Origin: Flectonema sp. DT1601
Lineage: Eukaryota
NCBI GenBank assembly: GCA_964019425.1
Contig: OZ025780.1
Location: 930,001-994,000, forward strand
Direction of reading: 5' to 3'
Length of the DNA stretch: 64,000 nt
A model generated the notes under the pieces. It was not told the origin of the DNA. It made no database searches and saw only the letters and a program-made list of their open reading frames with translations. This document shows, piece by piece, positions 47,728-61,529 of this stretch. Made by a program: the position numbers and the translations under genes. The stretch's first letter is position 1. Each line of letters starts with the position of its first letter.

Positions 47728-49214
47728 AAAAAAAAAAAAAAAAAAAAGAAACATTATTATTATTTAAGAATATAATAAAATAACAAACAAAGGGAAACCC
47801 ATAATTAAAATATTGATACGTTTCATTGATGGAAGCTTCTCAAAGCTGTTGATGTTGAGGAGGTTGGAACCAATTCTGCTTCCTCTGTGATTACTTTTGT
47901 TTGGGTAATGATGTTGACAATACAAGTATAATTCTTTCTCTCTTATCGTTTGAATGGATTTCTAATTTCTCATTTTTTTTTCATGTTATTACTTTATCTT
48001 ACTCTTTTATTCACATGAAAAAAAAAAAAAAAAAAAAAACACTGTGCTATATAAGAAAGGAAAAAAAAAAAAAAAAAAAAAAGAAAAAATTCCGACCAAG
48101 GAACGAAGAAAATAAAACACACATAAACACAAACACTTGGCGATATCAAGAATAACAAAGGAGTGATTCTCTCGGTCGTTTTTTTTTTGGTTCTTAGAGC
48201 TCTGAAACTGACACTTGTGCCTGCGAGGAGCTTTACGGAAAAAAAAAAGGGTTTTTTTTTTTAGTTTACTTCATTACCATTCCTGCCTCCTCTATTGGGT
48301 CACAACTTGAGGCATCCGTGATTTGTATAATTTAACTAAAAAAAAACTTTTTTTTCGTTATGAGTTTTGAGTAGGACTGGCCCGTAGGCCGCCTGCCCCT
48401 TTGGGGAAAAAAAAAAAAAAAAAAAAAAAACTTAATGTAATGAATGTTTATATTTTCTAACCCTTTTTCTGGTAATGTGACCACTTGCTTTTAATTAATA
48501 GTTTTTTCCTCGCACTGCCCCCTTCCGATCTTGGCGGCGTTTTTCTAGTTTTTCTTTTTTTTTTTTTCTCTCCCTGCTGATTCTCATCAGGCCCAGCACA
48601 TAATATTTTTTATTTAGTTTTTTAATATGTTTTTTTTTTTTTTTTTGTATTTATATTTTTTTTAGTTTACAGGTTGGTTCTTATTTTCATAATGAAATTG
48701 GCTGAAGGTGGCTGAAGATAGATTATTTTTTTATTTTTTGCATTTTAACAAGTATTGTAAAGAGCCAAAAAGGATGTTGGGGCAGCACACGTAAACCTCC
48801 TTTTAGCTTTTCTCAGTTTAAGTCGGTTCACGGGTTTCGTGACACAAACAAAAACATCAACAAAGTGTTATATTACTATTTTCTGTATAGTTTTAGGATT
48901 AAAGCCAATTCGGCTTTTTTTTAATCCGTTTATTTCACAAATATCAGTTGTTTGCAGTCATAATGGAATCCATGTTTTGGTCGCCTCGTCAACGAGACGA
49001 TGTTGAAGATGATACCGACACGAATCTCCCTCGAAGAGCACTTCCAGAAACAGAACTGAGACAGGTCTCTCATAGAAAACATCAGCTTGGTGAGGATCTG
49101 GATGCGGCTCGTCGACAAAGTAAAATACCACTGGGAGGTCCTGGTGGGAGGGTCAGCTGTGAAGGAGTCATCGGTTGGTAGCACAGTGCTTCATTCTGAT
49201 TTATTCCATTTTTT

Positions 49215-50290
49215 TTTTTTTTTTTTTTTTTCGTTGTTTCTTTAGGCCTTTGTGAACTAGCGAGTGGGAAAAAAAAATTAAGAAGAAAAAAAAAAAGATG
49301 TGTTTTATTTTCTTCTTTGCATATACAGTGCTATTTGGGATTCAGTTTTCTTTTTTTTGTTTTTTTGGTCGAATCCAATGTCCCAAATCAGAATATCATT
49401 CCCTTCCTTTTATAACTTTTAATGAGAAAACAATCCATCGGTTTCGTGTGTGTAACACAGCCGAACTCAACAAGTAATCTCTTCGTGAAATAATTTCTCT
49501 CTTATTTATTCTTTTTGCTGCGCTCGCCACGACGCAATGCTCAGAAAATAGGCCTGTTGGAGTTTATTATCTTTGTTGTTGTTATTGTTGTCGTTGTTGT
49601 CTGGTGGGTTTTTCTGCATCCCCATCATACATCAGTCCTCGCGTTAAGCCCGTCAGGTTATTGCGTTTTGGTGATTGTGTTCAGATATGATGTCATGTTT
49701 AAATTAAGGAAATCGACTGTTTTTTTAACCCTCCACTTCATTTGGTCAAAAATCCCAATCTACCTTCCTTCCTTCCTTTTTTTTTTTTTTTTTGTCTTAT
49801 TTTTTTTAGGCCTTTGTGAACTAGCGAGTGGAAAAAAAATCAGGAAAAAAAAGTGTGTTTTATTTTCTTCTTTGCATATACAGTGCTATTTGGGATTCAG
49901 TTTTCTTTTTTTTGTTTTTTTTGGTCGAATCCAATGTCCCAAATCAGAATATCATTCCCTTCCTTTTATAACTTTTAATGGGAAAACAATCCATCGGTTT
50001 TGTGTGTGTAACACAGCCGAACTCAACAAAGTAATCTCTTCGTGTTTCTTATTTGCTGCGATCGTCACGGCGCAAATTCTCAGAAATAGTGTGGCTGTAG
50101 ATCTGTCAGAGCTGTAATCTTTGTTGTTGTTATTTCCTGGCGGGTTTTTCTTCATCCCCATCATACATCATGGAAGGTGGTTTTTATGTCTTCTCTCTGC
50201 GGTAAGCCCATCAGCTTATTGCATTTTGGTGATTAAGGAAATCAACTGTTTTTTTTTTAGCCCTCTTCTTCATTTGCAAAAACGCCCCCC
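49215..50290. repeat. Diverged local tandem duplication, ~560-bp unit x2
   Basis: TAGGCCTTTGTGAACTAGCGAGTGG... at ~49243 and ~49807, with colinear downstream sequence. Confidence 0.85.
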
Positions 50291-51099
50291 CCCCAAAAAA
50301 AGTCACTGTATTTAAAACTAATGTTAAATTATCTTTATGTTTTTATGATACAACACAGTTGTAATTTTTACAAAATCGAACATACATCCCCCCAAAAAAA
50401 AAACCTTCTTCTTCGATAGGTATGATCACTTTTGGTTGCCATTGGAATGTATGATTCAATTTTAGGGGTTTTTTTAATTTATTTTAGTTTTTTTCTCTCT
50501 TTTTCCACTGACACTGGTAGCAATCTAACTGTTTACCCTTGTGCTTTTTCCTGACTTTTTTTTTTTTTTTTTTTTTTTTTTGACTTCCTAGGTTTTTTCG
50601 TGAATAAAATAAAATAAATAACAACCTGACCTGTCAAAATAGTGAGTTATATTGCTAACGATCAATTAATTTGATAAAAAATTATTTTTTTTCAATTCTC
50701 TTCTCGTTACGAGAAGGACCGGAAATAGTGATTTTTTTTCACCTTCCTTACTAACTTAATTCGCCCATTTTTTTTGTTTGTTTAAATTCCTTCCTTTCTA
50801 TTGTCTATTGCGACTAAAGCGAATGTATGCTAGCCCGTCCTGACGAGCTCCGATGGACAATTTAAGAAAAAATCAGTTCTTTTTGAAATAAACGATTTAT
50901 TAATAAACTGGAATGAAGTCCCTTAGAACTTACTTAGTGAGGGCCTGAGAGGGACAAAGTAATATGAGATAGAGGCTACGTATTCCACAGTGAAATAGTA
51001 GAACAAATGTTTTTTTTTTTATATATTTTAATTTTAAAATTTCATATTCTTCCTTTCTTTTATTGGGTGATTTCTTATTATCTATTATAACAACAATAT

Positions 51100-52239
51100 G
51101 AGAGGATGCCAAAAGTAGGGTACAATTTTGGGCCACGGGTATCTGACAGTCCCTAAGTGTGAATCCGACCACTTTTCACAAGATATTTTATACTCAAAAA
51201 ATGCAATTCCGTGTCTGGGAAGTGATTTTACTCACCGCTAGTTTCAAAATTCCATATTTCCTTCACTAAAGACCCCTCTTTGTAGGCTAACAGGCCTTTG
51301 TCCTGTATGAACCATTTTTGCTGCCTTTTTAAATCATGTCGTTTATTTATCTGAAACCAGTTAAATTCCTACAACATCCAGAAACATGCAAGAAAAAGTT
51401 GTTATCTCGCGGTTCAAAGAGATAATGACAGAAATGGGTGAGCAGCTCCAATAGGGGGAGCGAAACAGTGCTAGTGGGTCGACAAAGAGATGGGTGACAT
51501 TAGCGAAACAGCTGCTTGAGTGCCTTTCAGGAGGCGATGTTGACAGCATGCTCAGGGATGTTATTGGCATATCAAGTCTGTGGAAATGTGTTGCTCCCCC
51601 TTGTGTAGGTGAGATGATAAGTAGTTTAGAAGTTGGAAAGAGGAGGAGAGTTTTTAAAACACTTGACAGCAACGGGTGGAAGTTTTAACACTTTGCAGAA
51701 GCCGGTATTAAGATCGGAAGGAAGGCATGGGATGAGAGAAACGTGAGGCTCAGATGCTAGGACGGCCAAGAAAAACCAATGAGGAGATGGCAGAAGTTGT
51801 CGACAGCGAGCACAGGGCAGCATCGGCGGAAACCTCTATCACACTGAAGAGGCTGTCGAAGGTGCGAGACTCAACCGTCACCATCCAGAATGTCTTGCCA
51901 ACTTTCCGGAGCATCTATGAGAGCAGCTCTCTCAGAGATAAGATTTCAATGACAACCTTTCGTAGGATGAGAAAAGAAGAATTCCGCAAACTGGCCCGCC
52001 GAACTGATGTTTGTAACTACTGCCTGGCAGGCCAGTCAATCAGTCAATTCTCCTTATACTACAGGTAAGCTCTTAGGGAAAATATGGAATTTTGAAACTA
52101 GCGGTGAGTAAAATCACTTCCCGGACACGGAATTGCATTTTTTGAGTATAAAATATCTTGTGAAAAGTGGTCGGATTCACACTTAGGGACCGTCAGATAC
52201 CCGTGGCCCAAAATTGTACCCTACTTTTGGCACGTTCTC
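51100..52239 (+). mobile_element. Sola-like DNA transposon deletion derivative (1140 bp)
   Basis: ~160-bp TIRs with GAG...CTC termini; ATAT duplication (51096-51099, 52240-52243); ORF remnant KISMTTFRRMRKEEFRKLARRTDVCNYC. Confidence 0.8.
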
Positions 52240-53326
52240 ATATCCCAAGAATGTATTCTGTATGATGAATTATGGGTATTGTATTGATCACGGTCCTCCA
52301 GTTGGGTCTTCTCAGTAGGTACGTCTATAGATTTTTTTTTTTTTTAATGTTCCCTTTTTTTTTTTTTTTCTTTTCTGAAAAAAAAAAAAAAAGTGAGTAA
52401 CAAAAGCTAATTATTATATAAGGGGACTGTGTTTAATGGTAAAAGAAATAACCATGTTGACATCGTCCCTTTGTTTGAGAAGTGCAAAACGTGATGAGTA
52501 GGACAGGCCTGACACCGCAGTGTTTTCGCTGAAGAGGACTGGGAAAGGGGAATGGTTTGTAGAAAGATTTTTTTTTTTAAAATTTAGCCTCTGAAATCCC
52601 CAACCATTATTTTTGTTTGTTGTCCTGCGATGTTTTTTTTGATCGAATTTTTTTTTTGTTGTTTTTTTTAATTGACTGACAACCATCAACAAACAAACAA
52701 ACAAAACGTCACTCATATTCCCAAAGTGGTATGTTCGGTTGGCTAGTTGGTATCGATCTAACTTTTACCCTTCCTGATTTTCTTTTGGCTTCCTAGGCTT
52801 CGTAAATAACCTTTCTAACTACACTTTTCCTTTTACTTAAGAATCTCTCTTCTCGCTGTTGAGAGTCTTATGTTTGTACTGCCACTGAAATACTTAGTAA
52901 TCAGTACAGATGTGAGATTTTATGATGGGATCTCAATGATCTATTTAGTTTTTTTTTTTTACCCTTTCCGCTGGCTGGTGTGGTTCTTTTTGCCTTTGTC
53001 AACTGGAATTCAATCTGAGAAAAAACTGGTGGTCTTTGAAAGTGGATAACAAGCTTTTCTTGTCGTGTATTTTGCGGGTGGTCAAAAATTAATAACACCG
53101 CTCCAAGCCATCAAGATGCGCTGCTCCACATACGTCAGGTGTACTTCTTTTGTTCTGGCCTTAGGAAACATTGTCACCAGCCCGTAGCCTTCGTTAATTA
53201 TTTTTTTTCTGATCATTGCTTAAGGGGATCTTTGGAAAAGGAATTCTTTTTTTTGTCTTCATTCAGTTTTTCATTCTTTTTTCACAGCCTCATTAAAAAA
53301 GTTCTCAAAAAAAAAAAAAAAAAATA

Positions 53327-53968
53327 ATGGTCGCCGTAACTATTGAGAAGAAAGACGTCACATGTCACGACCCGTACGCACCTTTAGAACCGCTGATGAC
53401 GGGAAAGTCAGGAAGTAGTTTAGCCAGTTTTGAAGAAGAGATTGACGACAGTGAGATGGAAGGTGCTGACACTGTTGGATATGATGAGATTGTCGCAATT
53501 AGAATGAGAAGCGGATCAATTGAAGATTTTTGGACACCAACAGGTGTCGTAAGCAACGGCGACTATGTTGTGGTCGAAGTTGAGCGAGGATTTGACATTG
53601 CTGTGGCGATTGGTGAACCTCGTCATCTACCTGTCGGTAAAACTCAGATTCAATCTCCACAACACTACCTCAGAGTCCTACGTGTTGCTACAGAAATGGA
53701 ATCAACTTACGTAACGACAACTCTGTCTCACATGGAAGACAAAGCTCGTGTTTGTGCTCAGCAACTCTTTACTAGACATGATATTAAAGCAACAGTAGCT
53801 GCGGGTACTCTTCAGTATGATATGAGGAAGTTAACAGTTTCTTATTTTAGTACGTTGGAATACGTTCCGATCCGCCGTGCTATTCATGAATTCTATAAAT
53901 TCTTTGGTACTCGTGTTGTATTTATTAAGGTTAAGTCACCTGAGATCATCACCACAAAACAAAGCTGA
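53327..53968 (+). CDS. PSP1 C-terminal domain protein (family includes kinetoplastid cycling-sequence-binding proteins)
   Basis: GDYVVVEVERGFDIA, LRVLRVAT, LQYDMRKLTVSY, FYKFFGTRV match the PSP1-C pattern. Confidence 0.85.
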   Translation: MVAVTIEKKDVTCHDPYAPLEPLMTGKSGSSLASFEEEIDDSEMEGADTVGYDEIVAIRMRSGSIEDFWTPTGVVSNGDYVVVEVERGFDIAVAIGEPRHLPVGKTQIQSPQHYLRVLRVATEMESTYVTTTLSHMEDKARVCAQQLFTRHDIKATVAAGTLQYDMRKLTVSYFSTLEYVPIRRAIHEFYKFFGTRVVFIKVKSPEIITTKQS

Positions 53969-55374
53969 TCACAAACAACCTTGATTGTCGTTTGTATTTG
54001 GAAAGATGTTTTCTGAACTGCTGAGCGGATTGAAATTAACAAAACTGTTATTGAAATCTCACAAACATAATATGAGCAGGTCCTCACACTCATTGTAAAC
54101 TACCGTTTTTTTATTTTTTTTTTTTTTTTAAAATATATTTTGTGGTAGTTTGCGTGTTCTTAACTGCTCTCACGAAAAAAGAACGGATGATTGTTTTATA
54201 TTTTTTGTTGTTGTATATTGTACGGTCATATGCGATCGATTCTTGCCCTCGGCTAGCTTCCAGGTGCTCTGGTTGTCGTGTTGTCATAAACACCGACAGA
54301 CAGTGGGTCATCGACATATCTGGTCCCATGTAAAGGTTCCGGAAGATACAAATAAAATACAAATATTGAGGGTCTGGTGTTGATGGTTTTTTTTTTTTTC
54401 GTCGTGGAATAATGGCCTGCCTTCAACAGGGACCCAGCCTGTCCTCGTCAATAAATAATTGCGAATAGTCGACCCTTCTCACCTCTGCACTGTTGTGAAA
54501 TTCGAACCTTTATAGCAGTCGAAAACTGTTTGTTTAGGGCAGATCTGTACAATTAGAAAAAAAAAAAAAAACTTGTGTGTCGGGATACCGAACTGCTGAA
54601 CTACTGAAAAAAAAAGAAACTCCAAAAGAAACAAAAATAAGAGAATTGATCCTGCACCCTTATATAAAAAAAAATATTACTTGCTTGGAGAAAGTTGACA
54701 TTTTTAGTGACCCCTTCTACTTTTAATAAAAAAAAGTAATATCACGTCGAAGGGTCTATAGATTGAATTTACATTTTTTAAGGTAGCAGGTCACCTGTTT
54801 AAAGATCTGTGGTCCTCTGTACTGCTCTGCAATACGATCCTTTTTTTGGCAGTCGGGGAAGCTATTGTTAGGGGTCCTCGTCGAGGATGTTACAAAAACA
54901 TAGAATTTATTAGGTTCTTGGTTGCTTAACCAAAGGATTTTATCTCGAAGGTTTCTTTCTTTTTTTTTTTTTTTTTTCTATCTGCCGTTTCATTTTTATG
55001 TGAAGGGCTGTTTTTCTACTTCCTCATGTGAGACTGCTTGCCACTATAGAACAGGAGTTAAAAGACAATATTGTTGTCCTCCTCCTTCCTTTTTTTTTAT
55101 ATTTTTTTGTGTTGTGTTTTATTTCTGTCTGCTGTATTTATTTTTTATTTTTATTATTATTAGCTTAGTTCCTATAGAAGAGAGGTTCTTGGTTAAGTTT
55201 GCCATTCGAATCTCAATAGTTACAATAACTACATCTGCCCATCTGGCGGTTGCATCACGTTCTCTTGTGTTGTGTATTTTCTTTGAAATTCTTGTGTGTT
55301 TTTTTTTTTTCATAGAAAATTGTGAAAAAAAAAAATTTCACTGAAATGATACCCCTACTCATGTGAAAAAAGGG

Positions 55375-55412
<38 letters not shown>

Positions 55413-58400
55413 CTTCTAACTTATTATTCTGGTTTGCATATGGAGGTTCTTAGCTGCTCTGGCTTTTGAATCTCGCATAGCACTACTTGTCCCGCTCATT
55501 GGGTGAAATCCTCTGTTTTCAATAATGGAAATTACTACTTAGGTTGTGGTTGTTTGGTTTTCCTCCCAATTTATGATATCTTCTACTCCCTGTTTGTTTT
55601 GTACTATGAACCGTAAATAAACCTGTAGTGTTTTATTATTCCTTTTGGTTTTCGAGATTTATGGGTTTTTTTTCCCCCTTTTTTTTTTTCTTCTTCGTGG
55701 TTCACACATTCTACATCCGTTGAAATTTAATCTTCGTTGTCCTGACAGTGAACCCGGACAACGCTAACTAACTAAAAACATTAATTTAGATTTCGCAAAA
55801 TTACAAAACGAACCATTTGCAACGAGGATTTCTTTTTTATGAGTCTTCGGGTATTCTCAAAGACTCCTTGTGCGTCCACTTAACTGGTACTCAGGCAAGT
55901 TGGACTCGCTCACTATCTAAGTTTTATTTATTTGTTTTTGTCTTTTATGCACACGGATACTAGCGTGTTATCCTTGACTCTCTTCCTTATAAATTCTGGT
56001 CGATTGGGGATTTCATTTTTTTGCATTTGACAAACTAGCTCTGAGTGCTCTCGGAATGGCAAGCAAAAAAGCTCAGCAGAGGGATATCCGCCGATTTTAT
56101 CGACCCTCAGAGCTTTCGATTATTAACAACATGCTGCCGCCTTTATCTTAAACAAAGCAAGCAACACGAATGTGACACTTCTTTGTATTCCTTATCTCAT
56201 TCGATTCTGTCATCATTCGAGATACACTCAAGGGGAGTAAAACGATTGTCTTTTTATCACTTCGACGGAAATACTTGGGAATGTTATTCCAACAGACGTT
56301 GACGGTGACGAGGACTTTTACTCATTACTGAAAGTAAAGAAAAAAGAAACGCAAGATGGATGACTCAAGTTCGGAAGGAAGTGAAACGCGTCGTGCAAAT
56401 TTATACTATAGCCTGTCCTGAAACCACGTTTTCCACAGTGTTATACGGAACACGGATCAATTCAATTTTTTTTTTCTCGCTTATCTTATTTTCTCAAAAT
56501 GCATTTTTTTTTTATAAATAATCTCATATACAATGAAACCTTTTGAGTTTTTAAAAAGCCGAATTCTATGTTATTATATTTTTTTTTTTTAATTTTAATT
56601 ATTTTGGAGCATCCTCCCATTTCCTGTCCAGCCTTCAGTTGCGCCGACTTTGGATTGGTGAGCCACTGTTATTATCTGTTCTTATCTTAGTTTTTACCCA
56701 AAAAAAAAAACCCCCACCACCTTCAACCTTTTCCAGCTCGTGATTCTTCCCAGAATTTCGCTTCAAATTTAATAGCGCGTAGCTGCGGTTTTAGTACATT
56801 TTTGCTCAAAAAAAAAAAAAAAAAAAAAAAGAAAGTGTTTTTTATTCAGCTGTTCACTATTATTATCTGAATAGACCTTGCACGTTCAATGGATTGTATG
56901 GACAAAGGGGACTACGTTAACGTGCTTTGGTGCATTGGGGACGACCCTTGTCAATTTTCCTATTTTGATTCTTTAGTTCAACCACAGCAATGCTCACTTT
57001 TTCTTACTGTGTCGGTATTGATGCAGCTACGTACGTTTTTTTTCTCTCTCTTGTTCTTTTTTATTTTATTTTTATTTTTAATAGTCAAAGAGGGTATAAC
57101 CCTGATTTAAAAAAAAAAAAAAAAAGGAAAAAAATATCGGCAGCAAGTTCCGATATTGATGAGTTGTTTTGTGCAGCAAATTGTAAAAAAAACACTCTGG
57201 TCGTGGATACTCGCCAAGTTTTTTATTTTTTATTTTTTTTTTTTGCTTTTGCTTTCCCTTCCTCTGCTTTTATATATTTGTTTTTTAATAAAATAATTTA
57301 GGGCTTCTATCAAGGTCAAGGTTCTTTAGAACCTTGACCTCAACAAAGATCTTCTTACTGAACTCAGCAGCTAATGTAAATATCTCATTACATTACAGGT
57401 GAAGAGATTGTGAGCGTTTGTTGCGAAGCTTCTAGCACTCGTTTTTCTTTTTTTTTTTTTTTTGCAAGGTTGAATTCCAAGCTGAATTCCCTTGTGAGGG
57501 TGTTGTTGTTGATTTCCCCTCCCCACTCTTCCTTTTTTTTTTTTTTTTAGGTGTTCATTTCTCCCCATCCTTCCCCAGATCGGTTCATTTCTGTTTTTGT
57601 TACTTTTTTTTTTTCTTTTTTGTTTTTGCATTCCTTTTATATTCCTCATATTGTCAGAATGGCGTTTTTTGGTTATGCGCTTGGTATTTTACGTGTAAGC
57701 GTTTCTCACCTCTCTGCCCCCATGCTTTGTTGATTGTTTTTTTTTTTTTTTTTTTTTTTTATTATTGCACCCTTCCCTTCTCCCCCGCTTGAATCCTTTC
57801 ATGTCAATATTTGGGACGTTACGTAAGACTTGAAAAAGAAAAAAAAAAGGAGGAAGCCTTCAGTCGGTTTCGACCACCTTCAAAAGGTATCGAGTTGCAT
57901 TTGAGGATTTTCAGAGGAGATTTACTTTAGCTTTTCGTTGTCTTTTTTTTGTGCATTAAAAATCGACTTTGTCAAGCCAAATCTTGGAAGGAAAAAAAAA
58001 AAAAATCAAAAACATCTCTTCTCACCCGTTTCACCTAACTTCGTATCAGTGTGAACAAAGTTTTAAGAGTTATCGCTTTTTTGTGAAGCGCAGATTTAAA
58101 AAAAAAAAAAAAATAATATAATTTGGGGAAAGTAAACACCCCACACACATGTATGATACCATCATAGGTTCATCAGTACTTATAATTCTGTTCTTTGTTA
58201 TGCCGCTGACAAAGTAAAAGTACATTTCCATTTCCCGGCCTCTGCAGATATTCAAAGCCGGGGACGGGGGACTCAGCAATTATTAGTTCATTTCATTGAG
58301 TTCAGGGAGACAAGTTAAGTCTCCTTCTTATTACCAATGAGAATACTGTTCCTTTGACAAAACTTCATTATATCGCTTATTTCATCTTTTTTTTTCATCA

Positions 58401-60177
58401 CCAAAATGCCTGTGCTTCTACCAAAACTAAAATCAATCCAGGCAGGTGAAATGAAGTGGAGTGAAATAGTTTTTGAACTTTTGACCTGGAAAATAGTAAT
58501 TTTTCTTTTTTTTTTTTTCATAGATTTTTCTTCACAAGAATAATACGGTAAATTAAAAAAAATTGATTGTGTTTTTTGTGTGCGTGTATTTGGTGTTAGA
58601 TTAAGCTTAAGACAAAAAAAAAAAAAAAAAAAATATTCAAACGATTTTTATTCCTTAACGTGTCTTTTCTGTTTTATTTTTATTTTTCTCTTACTTTCCC
58701 CAGCCTGCTGTCTTTGTCGATAAATTCAAACCCCAGCACGTGTGTTCGGTTATTCTCTTTTTTTTATTTTTATTTTTTATGGTAAATCACAAAAAAAAAA
58801 GGGGGAAGAAAAAAATAAAAATAAAAAAATGCGTAAAAGCCCTATTGCAGATTTCCCCCACGTCTTTTAAGTTGCTTTTATACTTAATTTACAGCAACGA
58901 GTTATCTCTTTCCTTTTTTTTTCCCTTCCCTCCCAGCTTGCGGCCTATCTAATTATTTTCCTTATATTCCCAGCATCTTCTTTGTTGTTTATGAGACACT
59001 TATTGTGTGTCTGCTCGGAGTTCTTTTGGAAGGCCGATTACGTTTTTTTTCTTTTGTTCTTATTCTTCTGATTTATCTCCCTATTTTATTTCTTGAGACG
59101 ATTCATAATTTAATCGTTCTTTGTCGTGTTTTCTCATCCGAAAACGTTTTTTTTTCTTATCAATTCGCCTTTTTTTTATTTTTTTTATTTTTTTTTTATT
59201 CACTTTTTTCTCTCCCCTCCATTTTTTTTATTTCCTTTTAGCAAAGATCGAGCGGTGTCTCGGTTTCTTTTCCCTTTCTCGTTTATAGTTTTTTTTTTCT
59301 CTCTCCCCTTTTCACAGTTTTAGTTGTTTTTTTTTTTTTTTTTTTTTTTGCCTCCTGTGCCTAAAAACTAACAAAATGATCCTTTTTTTTTTAAAATATT
59401 ACTTCTGAAGCTCGATAACTACTTAGCTGGTACTCGGTGATTGGTTGGATTTGATTAGTTTATGGAAGCAGGTCGTCTTAAATTGTTTCCTTTAGTCTAT
59501 ATATTTTTTAAAAAAAAAAAAAAAAAAAACACAATAAAAAACTCAAATAACTACACTAGCAGGTGTTCGTGGCTATTCTCTCTTCTTGTTTTCTTCATTG
59601 AAAAAAGGTAAGAGGGGAGAAATGTTGCTATTTTTTAAGTTCTTTTTCAGAAAAAAAAAAAAAAAAAACTAAAAGAAACTATCGTTGTGTAAGCCTTACG
59701 ATTTATTGATTAACGGAGTGTGGGGGGGTCCTGTGTTTTACTGTGAGTTATCCTCCTTAAATAACTAATGTTATGTAGCTTTTTTTTTTTAATTTTATTG
59801 TTTTGCGATTTTTTTTTATTTGTCTGGCCTTTTGTCTTTAAGTTTTTGCACTAATCAGTAATTGGAATTTGACTCCTCAGGTTCCTTTTAAAATAAGCAA
59901 AGCAAGTAAAAAAAAGTAGACAAACAAATTACCCAATATGAAGCAAAAAACGCAAAAAAATCTCCCCTTTTTGTTTTTATTTTTTTTAAATTACTTTCTA
60001 ATGCCGTGGCTTCACTTTGTATTTTTCTCATGTGAAAAATTCAGTTTTATTGACTTTTTAACTGTGTGTGAGGTGTACATGTGCAAAAAAAAAAAAAAAA
60101 AATGTTGTTTTTATTATGAGGAATCGTTATCCCATTATACTCTGGGGCTTACCGAAAAAATTTAGAAAATGCACTAC

Positions 60178-60212
<35 letters not shown>

Positions 60213-61529
60213 GGCAGCAGATACTCAGCAAGAAATGAAAACAAATTAATAATAATAATTAAGTAGATAATCTCTGATTGCAATATGTCAATCGTTCTTG
60301 CGACTGCGTCTTCTACATGTCGGTGGGTCGCATAATGGGTAACCTTGTATTGCGTAGATATTTAAAAAAAAAAAAAAAAAACAGCCTAAAGATAACATTT
60401 GGCAAAATAATAATGACATTTTCGAAACCCTGTTTCCTTTTTTTTTCCCCCTTAAAAAAAAAACTCTTTAAAAAAAAAAAAAAAAAAAATACAATTCATT
60501 GGCACCAACACGTTATCTCTGTTAGTCATTCCTAATATGGTTAACGATTCGTGCGCAATGGGTTTTTCAAATTTTCAATTTTTTTTTTTTTTTTTTTACA
60601 TTCGAAAAGATGGTGATTGATATCGGAATTTAAGTCTGGTTGCCACTTCTTTTTCTAGTTGCGATACAACTGTGTATATTAGCAACTTATTTTTTTGACC
60701 TGAAAAATAAAAAAAAAGAAAAAAGAAAAAAAATAACACTTCTGACTGCCGCATAGGAAACTTTCTTCTTTAAAAAAGAAAAGGGGCAATTTGAAAAGAA
60801 AAAATAGGAAAAAAGCAAAAAAAAAAACAACAACAACAAGTTCTCTATTTGTTTTATTTTTTCTTTCTTTTCTAGTCTTTCCTCCTTAATGATTGGTTGT
60901 TCGGTGTGAGAGCTAAACCTGTATTTGTGTATTCAAAAAAAAAAAAAAAAAAAAAAAAAGAAGGGGAACACATTGTTATGCAGGTCTAACCTTTGATGTC
61001 GTGTTATGAGTTTCTCTTATACAATCCAACCCTCTGGATGAGTTTTTTTTATTTTATTTTTAAAAATCATTGTTTCCTTTAAAGTTCTTTTTTTAACACG
61101 ACCTTATAAAGTTAAGAAAATTGGTGTTATCAGCCGTCTCTAACGCTGTCTGCTCACGTGGACGGTGGGTTTAGGTAGTCATTTGTTCCAGGCTATTCTA
61201 CGTCTCTTATCGTCTGTGAGAGTCTCACGGTTGCTGGTAGCGATATAACTGTTACTCTGTGAGCTTTTCCTGGCTTTTGGCTTCCTAGGCTTCGTAAATA
61301 AATAAAAAAATAAGTTGGTTTTTTTTTGTTTTGAATTTTTTTTTTTTTTTTTTGAAAAAAAATTTTATAATTCACTATTTTCTTTACAGGTTCAGTGAGA
61401 TTATCGAATCGAGACAACACAAAAAAGGTGAATAGCGTGCTACTGTTTTTTTTTTACGTGTCTTGAAATACTTTTAAAAAAAAAAAAAACAGGAAAAAAA
61501 TAAATAAAACAAAAAACTCACATAAAAAT

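Noticed and set aside
48948..49181. Short GC-richer ORF
   Set aside because: It has no recognisable motif or supporting exon structure; it may be a gene relic but cannot be supported.
54100..61420. Numerous 60-140-aa F/K-rich ORFs
   Set aside because: They are translations of poly-T/poly-A tracts without coding-like composition.
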